The notes beneath the pieces are model-generated. The model ran no database searches, was not told the DNA's origin, and worked only from the letters and a program-made list of their open reading frames with translations. The position numbers were made by a program, and so were the translations under genes. Below, piece after piece: positions 39,242 to 52,627 of a stretch of DNA of 64,000 bases; position 1 is the first letter of the stretch, and every line of letters starts with the position of its first letter. The DNA comes from Fonticula alba ATCC 38817 (taxonomy: Eukaryota; Protista; Nucleariida): assembly GCA_000388065.2 (NCBI GenBank), contig KB932201.1. The stretch is one strand, 5' to 3'.

Positions 39242-41357
39242 TCACGCCTGCTTCGGTGCATCGGCCGTCGCGGCTGCGGCCGCGGCCGCCTTCTTGGCAG
39301 CCATCTCTTGGGCGAACTTCCGGTCGCTGGTCGACCGCAGGTACCGGGCCCGGGCCGCCACATACAGACGCCACTCCTCCTCGACGACGGCCGGGTCCTC
39401 CTCCCCGCGGAAGCAAGCCAGCTGCAGGGGGTTGACCGGCTGCGCCAGGTAGGTGGTGACCGGGGCTGGCTTGGCGGTGGTCCCCTCGGGAACATCGGCA
39501 GCCAGCTTGCCGGATGCCGTCGCCGGGCCCAGGGCCACAAAGCGGAAGTACCCGGTCATGGCCAGCTGGGGGCCGCTCGGCGTCGGGGCATGAGGCGACT
39601 CGGAGAAGACATCGACCTTGATCTCAATGTTGCTGCTCAGGGGGGGGGGNNNNNNNNNNNNNNNNNNNNNNNNNNNNNNNNNNNNNNNNNNNNNNNNNNN
39701 NNNNNNNNNNNNNNNNNNNNNNNNNNNNNNNNNNNNNNNNNNNNNNNNNNNNNNNNNNNNNNNNNNNNNNNNNNNNNNNNNNNNNNNNNNNNNNNNNNNN
39801 NNNNNNNNNNNNNNNGGGGGGGGGGGGGGGGGGGGGCGTACCGGCGCCCAGCAAAGACGATCTTGGCCGAGGAGGTGAGGACCTCACCGACGCGCACGGT
39901 CCGGCGGAAGTCAATGGCCTGGGCACTGATGGTGACAATGTGGGCCTGGCAATGGCGCCAAGCCGCGATGCCGGCTGTCGTGTCCATCAGGTACAGGATA
40001 GGCCCAGCGTGTACGGCCGGCGGGAGGGCATCCGCACCGGAGGCCGCCCCTTGGGCCGGGACCTCAAGGAGGGCCGAGTCAAAGCGATTCGGCCACTCCC
40101 AGGGGGCCGCGTCTGAAGGAACCGTGAGCACCGACAGGGAGGATGCCGTCTCGGAACGAGTACGCGAGGGGAGCAGGCCAGCCGCCACACGGTCCGCTGG
40201 CTTGAGAGACGTCAGTCCGGGGAAGGCCTCACTCAATTCGGCCTCAGACATCGTGGTTGGGGGGCTGCATGGCAGCGCCGACACAAGTACGTGAGAAGAC
40301 AATGGGTCGCGGAGAGGGTCAGAGGGGTGTGCAGAGGGGGGGGGGGGGGGGGCATGGGTAGGGGAAGAAAACCAGGGACCGCGGACAAGGACCAATTGTA
40401 AGACAATTGGGCAGAGATCACTGGCGCCAATGACGTACCCCTGGGCCAGGAGGGCTTGCGCCTCGAGAGCCTCCTGCTTCCGGCCATACTTCTGATCCGA
40501 GGCGTGGACGTAGCGCTCGATCGGGCCCGGGCCCGGGAGCGACACGAGCCCTGGCCTCGAGGACACGAATTCCTGGGCATCCACAGCAGAGTCGGACTCG
40601 GGGAAGGGCCACTGGCCGGCCACCTCATCGCGCCAGCGAGTAAACAGGACCGAGCCGATGAGGAAGATGGTCTCATAGCCGGGCGGGTGGGTGCTAATCA
40701 GTTGGAGGGGGAGGGGGATGCCGGGAGGAGCCGGTGTCAGAGAGGTTGGGGCCTGGCGAAGTGCGCGCCGAGACGAGAGATGCAGAGACGGGGCGGAGCA
40801 GGGGGCACGCACAGCATTGGCGGCACGCCCGGCGACTCGGGGTCCATGTCCATGACCCAGATGAGTGCGGTGTTGGTGACCGGGCCATCGGGATTCGACG
40901 AGCCAGAGGGCACATAGTTGGTGTAGGACACACAGCGGGTGGTCACCAGAACAAGCATCAGCCGATGGCGGCCCCCGGCCGGGAAGTGAGCATGCGATGG
41001 GCAGGGAGACCCCTCGGCTGTGAAGATGACCTTGCCACTGAGGGTGATCTTGCCGCCGATCTGGGACGGCAGCTGGAAGTGCATCTGCTCGTAGCGAGCG
41101 ATGGCCAGGCGCGGGCGCCGGGGGGGGATGGCACCGGCCGGGTCGCCGGCCGGGGGATTGGCCGCCAGCCAGTGCGCGCAAGCGGCGGTCCAGGCGCACT
41201 CGACCGCCCACGAGAGCAGGCGCCCGCCATGGACATTACCAGCGGGATTGGCGTCAGCCGGGCTGGCCAGTCGGGAGAGAGTGCTGTCGGGAGGCGCCAC
41301 TGCCTGCTCCGGCGGGGGAGAGGAGGAGGGCTTGGCGGACGGGTTATTGGTGGTCAT
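39242..41357 (-). CDS. Acyl-CoA thioesterase with tandem HotDog folds
   Basis: Motifs: DANPAGNVHGGRLLSW, YEQMHFQLPSQIGGKITLSGKVIF; second domain GPILYLMDTTAGIAAWRHC..IVTISAQAIDFRRTVRVGEVLTSSAKIVFAG, TGYFRFVAL. One intron contains an N-gap. Confidence 0.88.
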
Positions 41358-42454
41358 TTCCTGTGGTGGGGAGGGAGGGGGTGAGGGGTGAGGCGGGGGG
41401 GATGAGAAGGGGAGATTTGGGCAGAAGGGGTGTGTGTGTGGAACCTGTGGCCTGCGTTCGGTATCCACCGGGGGACGGGGGGAGGCATCCATAAGAACCC
41501 CCCCCCCCCCCATCTCACACACACACACACGGGTCCCGTCCGGACTGCCGAGACATGGGGCCGCGGATGGGGCTGGCCAGCGGACGTGGAAGCCGGGAGG
41601 GAAAAGCCACCCGAGGTGGGATCCACCGCGAGGGGACACACCTTCGCCCCCGACATGAGGGCCCGGAAGATCAGAAGCGGCTGCGGGGCCGGATCTCGTA
41701 AAATGGCAGAGGGCCTGGCAGTGCTCTACCCACAGGGGCCTCCCCCTCCCCCCCAAGCGCGCTGGTACCACTCCGCAGGGTGCGTGGGCCTCCTGGCCCG
41801 TCGCCCCCTCGGCCTCCGTGGGCCAACCAGCTGGGGGGAAGATCCCAATGGAACATTGCCCCAAGGCCCGCAGGGCGAGCCAGGTGGCCAAGCACAGGCA
41901 AGCATGCCCGGCTGCAAGGCGCTCACTCCATTATTACCGACCAGCACCCTCAAACGCACCTTCGCCAGCGGGCGGGGGAGGGGGGAGGGGGGACAGAAGA
42001 GAGGCACCACCAGCCGGAAAGCGGCAATCCCGTCGTGCCCCTGGGCCCCGGCCACCACGGGCAGATTGGGTGACAGCGTGAAAATTGCCCCCCCCCTCGG
42101 CCCCCGGACTCCAAGTTGCCGGGTCATGGGCGTCGGGGCGCGTCTCTCCCCCGAGGCCCGGGAGCAAAGAAGGCTTGCACCTCTCGGACCAACCAATGCT
42201 CCTTGGGCCGCCCCAAAATCCGCAAGGAGAGGCAGGGAGCGCCCATTGCCTGCGCGGTAAGTCTGCCCAAAGACGGCCAGCGCGGCGGCCCCTAGCGCGC
42301 GAGCAGAGCCTATTGTGTGGGATGCAGGGACTCGAGAAATCAAACTACCCACCTCGGGGGCTGTGCTCCCCCCTCCCAGGTGGGATATCGGTTGCTCCCT
42401 TCTCTCGGGTCCTGGCCCTCGGGACCAGAGTGGCAGGGGGGGGGGGGGGGGGGG

Positions 42455-42764
42455 CGGTCTCTTGGATTGGCGAGAAACCCGGTGCCGCTATTCAAGCGGC
42501 GTGCCGGGCGGCCTGACCTGCTGTGGAAAACAACCGGGGTCGGGCAGGAAGCTGTGTTCCCCCCCCTTCGCCCTGCCCCAGACGGGGGGGGGGGGGGGGG
42601 GGAAGGGGGTGGGGGGGGGGAGGGGGGGGGGGGGCGGTCTCTTGGATTGGCGAGAAACCCGGTGCCGCTATTCAAGCGGCGTGCCGGGCGGCCTGACCTG
42701 CTGTGGAAAACAACCGGGGTCGGGCAGGAAGCTGTGTTCCCCCCCCTTCGCCCTGCCCCAGACG
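42455..42764 (+). repeat. Tandem duplication of a 130-bp unit (42455-42584 and 42635-42764; 180-bp period) separated by a G-rich spacer
   Basis: Base-by-base identity of the two copies, each preceded by a poly-G run. Confidence 0.9.
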
Positions 42765-44015
42765 CGTGGGCTTCGCACGCGCGCGTGTGTGTGTGTGTAT
42801 TGCATATTAGCAAGCATGCAAGTGGCGCGCGGTGTGCTGCCCTTGGCGGCGGGCATCCGGCCGTGTCCCGTGAAAGCCCCCCCTTCCGCTGCAGCCTCAG
42901 GACCCCAGACCCCTGCATCGTCCTCCCGACGGGGGGGGGGAGACCTGTCCGTCTCTCCCAGGAGGCGAGCTGGCGGCCGCGAACAGAGGTGCCCAGATGC
43001 GCGATCGTAGGGCGACGACACATCGGGGCACCTAGGCACGCCGATCGGGGGTCACACATGCCTCAGCAGAAAGGTCGGCAAGGTGGGGGGGGGCAGAGGG
43101 CGGACCCGTTCACCGACACGCCCATATGCACGCGCAAGGTGGCCTGGGGGAGGGGGGGGGGGGGGCCAAGTCGTCCCCAGCTCCCCATACCTTGAGTGTC
43201 CCGGGCACCGGACGCGCAGATGTGCACGCCACCGCCCCAGGGATCGGGCAAACCTGCATGCAGGCGATCGGCTGACGTGCTGCCTGGACAACGCATACCT
43301 CGCCCGTCGGGGGGGGGGGGGGGGGGGACGACGATGTCCCCGCTCGAGGGCTCCAGCAGCCAGGCCGTTTCCCTATTGCTCCCGCCCCACCGTGGTCTCC
43401 TCGTCCTGTCGGCCGCCCGCGCCCCTCCCAATAAGAAGGGCACATCGTCCAGAGGCTGGAGACCAACAAACACCGACCACCAAGGGACAGAGAGAGAGAG
43501 GAAGAGGGGGCCGGGGGTGGGGAGGAGCAGGGTCAGGCCAGTTGCCAAGCCGGTCCGTGGTCTGCACCTGTGTGCACGCCCGCGCGCGCGCGCACGGGTC
43601 AGCACGAACGAGGCGCCATGCCCGCCGGCTCTATTTGGCCCATCTGCGCCTGCCGATTGCACGTGCGTCCAACATCTTGATCCCGTGCGGTGTTGGCGGA
43701 AACGTCATTCCGCAACACCTTAATTGTGCCTCGCTCATGAACTAAACCTTCACCATGCCCTCAAATGTCCAAATAAATACGGATATTTATTTGGTACTTT
43801 TGAGTGTGTCGGTGTGTGACAAATTTGACGCCCGCTAAATGGCCCAGTGCCCTGACAAACGGGGCGCACTCGGCCAAGGTGGGGTTATCTTTCGCGAGCG
43901 CATTTACTGCCCCGGATGTCCCCTGGCCCGAGTGTTCTCATTACTCGGCGCGCGTCTCCTTGTCGCGGGATCCTGGCGGCTGGGCCAGAAATGACATCAC
44001 TCCCCAAGCGCGCTG

Positions 44016-44054
<39 letters not shown>

Positions 44055-46573
44055 ACTGTAGGCAGACATAAAGCGGATGCCCATCTTTTTGGGTATCAGG
44101 ATTCTCTCCCTCTCTCAGAAGAACTGCACGCCGCAGGGCCACCCCCGGCTGCGCCTGCCCGTGGCGGCGCCCCGGGTGTAAGCCCCCGCTGGCGGGCTGC
44201 CGGTGTTTTGTCCCACTGGCCCCGCCACCCCCGGGGGGGTCTTGGACTCGCCTCGGCCACAGTGTACTCTGTCACCCGGTTGGCGCGCTTCCCGCTGCCC
44301 CCTCCCGGGCTCTGTGGGCACCCGCCAGCCTTGTGGTGGATGTCTGTCCTTCCCCCGTTCCCCCCCCCCCCGCCCCCTCCCCCGTCCCCCCTCACCCAGG
44401 GGGAGGGCGCGGGTGCCGGACTTACGAGAAGCCTCCTGGGCAAGAGACCAAGGGCCGGCCAGTCCCCGGAAGGCCCATACGTGCGAAATTCCAACTCAGA
44501 CCAGGCTACTTTGTCCCCCCGGTTTAGAGGGGCGATGCCTCCACAAGGTGCCCCCGGGCGCGCGAACGGGGTCTGGGGGGGGGGATCGCCCGCAGCTGGT
44601 TGTTGGCGGCCAACTGGAAGATTCGCATTTGAGTGGTATGTTCAGCGGGGGGAGGGACAGCTGGTGACCCCCGCCTCTGCTGGTCGGGGCCTGTGTCGGC
44701 CGGCGGGGGAACATTGTCGGGGCTGGTATCCTCGCCCATTCCCTGGGCCCTTCTTATACCCTGGTGCCCGGGCCGGGTGGGAGAAGCCAATGTAGGTTAT
44801 GGGCGGCCATTTAGACTAGGGTTCCCGGCTGCGCCAGCTCCCAGTCGTGGGTAATCCTCGCGGCATGCCCTTGGAAGTGTGCGCTCTCAGGGGTGATGTT
44901 TGCGCTCTCCCGGGCCTGGACGTGGTCCGGCTGCGCTTGGATCCTACTCGGCCCGGCCCGCCCCCCCCCCCCCCCCTGCTTTAGCCCCACTTTGGTGGCA
45001 GCCACGGTTTTTGAGGGGTACCCCGACACCCTGGTCTGATGGACGTCTGTCGCGCGGCTGTCCTCCCTCCCTCGGGCCCCTCTGTGGTACTGCGCTTCCC
45101 TTTCTGTATGTCTATGCGGGCGGGGGCAAGCCTGGGTACTCCCCCTTTCCCTGTGGCCGGGGCCGACAGTGGTGTGTCGCTTGTGCGAACTCCCCCCGGG
45201 CGGGCGGGCGTCCACCCAACGCTTTCAATTGGGAGCGGACTCCGAGCCGAGTGTGTCAACCAGCGAACGTGAGCGTGTAGTGCACGCGTGTGCCGGGCCC
45301 GGGTGCGTCTCGAGTACGCCCCGGCCGCCAGCGTCCAAAGTCCTCGGTCAGTGGTGACTTAGGCCCTCCCGGCCGCCGGACGGAGCCCACACGCGGGGGA
45401 GGCAGGGGGCCGGCCGAGCAACCGAGGCAGCCTGCCTGCGTAAAGGCCTCCCCTCGCTGCGGACGGCAGCAGGGAGTGTCCAGGATGCGGGTGGTTGCTC
45501 GGTGGGGGGGTATCATTTTCGGTAATGCACGGCCCTCAGCCGAAGGAGAGCCGGTGGAATGATGCCGAAAATTAACCCTCCTTCCACTCGCCGGCAGGGC
45601 GCCTCCTCCTCGTGCCGGGCCGAGGGCGAAGGGAGAGGGCCCCGAGAGCTGGTGCCTCCGACCGAGGGGGGGATGCACAGGTGGGGCAGGTCGAGGCGCA
45701 GCGGCGTAGCCGCCTGCGCGTGGACTTTTCGCGTAACGGCACGCCAGACGGCGCCGAGGGGGTGGCGATCCCCGCTCTGGCCCGTCCTAGGCTGCCGGCT
45801 CGCTTCACTTGCCACGCGCGCCGGTCACTGCGCTGACCCTTGCTCAAGTGGGCCCCGCATTCGGGGCTGGGCGAGCCACCGGCCGGATCCTCGGAGAGCG
45901 GATCAGCACGCTTCCCCCCCCCCCCCCCCCCCGCCCCCGTTCGCCAGCCAGGGGGCCGCCACCCCGGACCGGGAGGCGGTTCTGCTCTTTCATGGCGGGG
46001 ACCGCGCGTCCAGACGGCCACGCTGCGCCTCCGCCCCCGGGGGGACCCGGCGCGTGTCCCTCACTTTGGCGTCGGACCGGGCTCGGTCCCCGTGGGGGGC
46101 TTGTGGGGAGGGAGGAGGGGGGCGCACACCGCACGCAGGCACACGCACGGGCGCTCGCCGTTCGTGTGTGCGGGCCGCCTGTCCTGCAGACCCGGCAGTG
46201 CACACGCCGCAGTATCGGGCCCCTCTAGACTGGCCAGTGATTAGGGTTGCTCGCATGCCCTTCGCTCCCTCCCCACGCGCTCGTCCCGCCCCCGTCCCCC
46301 CCCCCCCCCGGCAGGGGGGCAGGGGATCAAACGGTTGCACGGAAGAGACGGGTGCGACGCGCTGAATCCGATCTGGCCTCACGACGGTCGGGGACAGGGC
46401 GCCCAAGTGTCCCCGTCCTCGGAGCCGATCCCCCAGCAGGTGTCTGTTTCCGTGTGCGTGTGTGTGTCTTCGTGTGTGTGCAGGGGATGGGGAGGGGCGA
46501 AGACAGGAAGACCCGTCCTCGGCCAGCAATAAACGGCCAGACCGGTCGGACTGCACAGGGGAGTCGCGGCTGG

Positions 46574-46617
<44 letters not shown>

Positions 46618-46864
46618 ATGTCCCTTGCCGCCGTAACCGGGCCTCCCCCATGGCCTGTGAATCTCAGTGTCCTTCCCTCACCCTCTGGCCCCCCGCCCAC
46701 CAGGAGATGGGGTTCTGGTGTCCCGCCAGCTTTTTCCGCCACCGACGTGCGCCCTCCCCTCCCCAGAGGACGCCCTCTTTCCTTGATACACTCTCTCTAT
46801 CCCCCCTTAGTTTCCTCTTGTTTGCTGTTTTCTACCAGCAAGCACTCCCCCCTCCGTACGCACT

Positions 46865-46901
<37 letters not shown>

Positions 46902-47225
46902 GCGCACGCGCGCGCCTCTTGCCCTTCCCACTCTCCGCTTCTCGGTGTTCCGCCCATGCGAATGTTTGCCCGAACGCAAGGCGATCCTTCGCCCGCATGC
47001 GCGCCAGGACAACCCCGATCACCACACCGTGCCCCCCTCCCCTCCTTCCCCCCTTTGCTGCACCTGTCTGAATCTCTCTCTCCTCCCCCCCCCCTGGCGC
47101 TCGCTCTTCTTGCACTTCTTCTTTTCCCTCCCATGCCACTTGCTTGCCACTGACACGCGTTATCTCCCCCCGCCCCCTCTTCGACACTCCCTCCCCTCCC
47201 CTCGCCCCCAACACAGATCTAATTC

Positions 47226-49592
47226 ATGAGCAATGACGCGTCTAACTCCCAGCGTCTAAACCAGTCTGTACGTGCCGTGCGCCGCCCTCCGCCACAATCT
47301 CCCCCTTCCTGCCTTCCTGCCTCCCTGCCGGGCCTCGATCTCCCTCCTCTCGCTGACCCTCATCTGCCCTCCCCTTTCCGCCACCGCCCCCGCCTTCCAC
47401 CTCACGCAGGAGACTGGCCAGGCGTTGAGGACCTCCCCCTCCCCCTCCACCTCCTCCTCCACCGGCGGACTCTACGTCCCGCCGCATCTGCGTAACGCCG
47501 GCGGCAACTCCGGTGCCTCCAGCTCCCCCGGGTCTCCGGGCGGCGGTAACCACCGCTCTCCCAGCGGCGCCTTCCAGAAGGGCGGCGACCGCCGTGGTGG
47601 TCGTGGTGGCGGCTTCGGGGGCAACCCCCACGGTGGCCCCGGTGCCGGTGGCCCTCGTGGCCCGCGCAACTCCCATGCCGGTGGCCCCCACTCTGATGGC
47701 TGGCGTGCCGGCCGTCATGGTGGCTACGGTGGTGCCTCCGCCTCTTCCCGTGCTTCCCCGGATCCCACCAGCCCGGATGGCATGGCTGCCCCTGCTGCCG
47801 GCAACGCCTACACCCCGGCGCCCCGCTGCCCCGAGCGCGAGAAGGCCCTCTTCGGTGATATCCAGCCGTCCGGCATTAACTTCGAGCAGTACAAGGAGAT
47901 CCCGGTCGAGATCTCCGGTAGCAACCCCCCCGAGCCCATCGAGTCGGTGCGTGTCTGTCGCGGTCCCCCCCCCATCCCCCCTACTCCGGTTTTGCCTCTC
48001 TTGCCCTGTGTCTCTGCTCTCCATCCCCTGGCCCCATACTCATCTGTCATCCCCCTCCCCCTTCCCCGCATGTGCCCTTCGCTGTCCGGCTTCTCTCTCT
48101 CTCTCTCTCCCCCCTTCCCCTCTGTCTCCCCTCCCCCCCTTTGGCCTGCTCCATCTGCGCCCCTCTCCTTCCTCGTGCACAGTTCAAGGAGTCCCCTCTG
48201 CATGACCTCCTGCAGGAGAACATCATCCTTTCCGGGTACACTGTCCCCACCCCGGTGCAGCGCTACTCCATCCCCATCACCCTGGACAACCGCGATCTGA
48301 TGGCCTGTGCCCAGACCGGTTCCGGTAAGACCGGTGGCTTCCTCTTCCCCATCATCTCGCAGCTGATGAAGTCCAATGCTCCCCGTCGGGCTGGCGGCCG
48401 CTCTCGCAACCCCTCGGCCCTGATCCTGACCCCTACTCGTGAGCTGGCCATCCAGATCCACAAGGAGGCCGAGAAGTTCACCTACCGGTCTCACATCAGC
48501 TCCATCGTCATTTACGGTGGTGGCGGCAACATGCAGGACCAGATGCTCAAGCTGCGCAGCGGGGCCGACATCATCGTCGCCACGCCCGGCCGTCTGACCG
48601 ACATGATCAAGCGCGACCTCATCTCCCTGACCGACATCCAGTTCCTGGTTCTCGATGAGGCCGATCGCATGTTGGACATGGGCTTCGAGGATGACATCAA
48701 TGCCATTGTCAAGAGCTCCAACATGCCGCCCCCGGGTGTCCGTCGGACTCTGCTCTTCTCGGCCACCTTCCCCGAGCTGATTCAGCGCCTGGCCCAGGAG
48801 TTCCTGCACGACTACATCTTCCTGACGGTCGGCACGATTGGCGCTGCCTCGCACAATGTCGACCAGACCATCGTCAGCGTGTCGGACAATGACAAGCTGA
48901 CCTTCCTCCAGGATCTCATGGACAACTTCCAGAAGCGCCGCGAGTCCGAGGGTGGTCTGATGCTGGTCTTCGTCGAGACCAAGCGCTCGGCCAACCTCCT
49001 GGACACCCTGCTGTCCAAGGCCGGCTTCGAGACCACTTCCATCCATGGTGATCGTGACCAGTCCGAGCGTGAGATTGCTCTGGAGATGTTCCGTTCCCAC
49101 AAGACCCCCTTCCTGATTGCCACCGCCGTGGCTGCCCGTGGTCTGGATATCCCGAATGTCACCTTCGTCGTTAACTACGACATGCCCAAGGAGATTGATG
49201 AGTATATCCACCGCATTGGCCGTACCGGTCGTGCTGGTCACCGTGGTCGTGCCATGACCTTCTTCTCGGCCCGCGATGCGCCGGTCGCCCCGGCTCTGGT
49301 TAACCGCCTTCAGCTGGCTGGCCAGGAGGTCCCGGAGTTCCTGCTCGCCATGACCCGCGACGCTGGGCGCACCCATCGCCGTGGCCCGGCGCCCGTTCGC
49401 CCGAGCTTCGCCTCCCAGGACTTCCGTGAGAACATGCAGTCCTCGGGCGCGGCGGCGACCCCCGGCGCCGGCGGCGCGCGTGGCAACAACCGCGGCAGCG
49501 ATCACATGCTGATGATGAACAACGCCGCCCCGACTCCCTACTCTTCCTTCACTTCCAACCGCGGCCACTCCCTTCCCTCCGCCTGGGACTGA
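47226..49592 (+). CDS. DED1: DEAD-box RNA helicase, DED1/DDX3 subfamily, about 662 aa
   Basis: Exons 47226-47267, 47410-47946 and 48183-49592. Subfamily motifs YVPPHLRN and GINFEQY..IPVE. Helicase motifs: PTPVQ, AQTGSGKT, PTRELA, ATPGRL, LDEADRMLDMGF, SAT, VFVETKR, ARGLD, HRIGRTGRAG. Confidence 0.96.
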
Positions 49593-50337
49593 CGAACCCA
49601 GTTCCCTCCTCAGCCCTCCCCCCCCCCCTCTCCCCCCCCCTCCCCTTCCCTCTTCTCTTCTCTCTCCCTCCCTTTTATATGCCCGCGGCCGGAAAACACC
49701 CCTGTCCTTGTACACCCCCCTTCTCCCCCTTCCTCCTGAGAGAGAGACAGACCCTCCCTTCCCCTCTCTGCTGTAAACCACCTATTCCCCTTTCCTCTTC
49801 ATTTGTAATGCGTGACCCGCGATATGAATTTTGTGTCATAATAGACTAGTGCACTGTGAAAGATGGGCTGCGTGTGTGTGTGTATTTTGGGTGTATCCAT
49901 GAAAAAGGTCTGTGTGTGTGTGTGCAGCTACAGGCGTGCTTCACCGAAAATGCACAGCCCCCTTGGCGAAGGGGGACTTTCCTGGCTCCATTGGTCTTCG
50001 CGGCTAGCCGTATGGCATATGTACATCGGGTGGCCTGCTCCCGTAGTGGAGACACCTCCTCCCTTCCTGGCCTTCCTTCTTGTGAGCCCCCCCCCCCCCG
50101 CACCCTTCCCCTCCGGTAGGGGTGTTCCCCTCGCCCAGGTTGGAGGCAAACCCGCGATTTTCCCAACGGGAGGTCCCAAGGGGGATGTCTATTCTCTCGG
50201 CGGAGTGGCGTAAGCAGACATGCACGCGAGTGTTCTTCAATGTGGGGGGACACAGAGGGGGGAACATGCCGGGGACATGTGTGCTTGTACCGGTCACACA
50301 CACGGACAAGAGGACCTCCCCTTGTTTGGTGGGCTGG

Positions 50338-51733
<1,396 letters not shown>

Positions 51734-52627
51734 TCACAGCAGAGGGGAAATGGGCGAGGGGTGGCGAGGGGTGGCGGGGAGGGGGACCAAAGAGGAGGAG
51801 GAGGCGCGTGTGAGGGGGGGCGGTGTGGCAATTAGACTTCCCCAAGTGGGGGGGGGGGGAGGGCCTTCGGCGGGCAGAGTCCCTTTCTATTGATTTCTGT
51901 CACGGCTAAGTTGGCAGTCGGACACTATCACAGGACAGAGGGGGGATCAGCCCAGGTGTGGCGTGATCGCCCTGGCCTCCGCCCGGCGCTCGTCGCCCGG
52001 TGTCCTTCGCGGTTGCTTTCCGCATGTTGGCACACGTTTTGGTTTGGCCCACGCGTCCGCGCGAGGGATGATGCCGGGCGGGGTCATCGTCGCATGTCCC
52101 CTTCTCGTGCCGGGACTCGCCTCGTGCGCTTGTCTTCGGTGCCGAGTAGAGTGTCCTCCTCCTTGCCGCTTGTCAGGAACGTCACGCCTGTGTGTCGACA
52201 TATCCATGTCTAGGGATAAATATATCCCTCTGTATGTGTGTGCATGTGTGTGTGTGTGTGTGTGTGTGTGTCAAAGGCAGATCTATATTTATCCCACACG
52301 ATGGGGGGAGGGGAAAGTCGTTGGACACATAGTTTGAGGGGGGGAAAAGGAGAGGAGGGAGCGACAATGCGCTCCGCACCCTCAGGCACAAGGAGTGGGG
52401 AGGAGGGGAGGGGGGAGGGAGGTGTCGTGATAGTGGAAAGAGAAGAGGGTGGAAAAGGAAAAGAGAAGGGAGGGCAGACCACCAGATGGCTGCTCCTTCT
52501 ATTCCCGCAGGAAGATGGCAGCACGGGTGGTGGTGGCGGTGGCGAAGGAGAGAAAGCCGGGGAAAGCCGGAGAGGGAAGGGCAGCGGCGGCAGCCGCAGC
52601 GGCAGAAGTGGCAATCGACCAGGGCGA

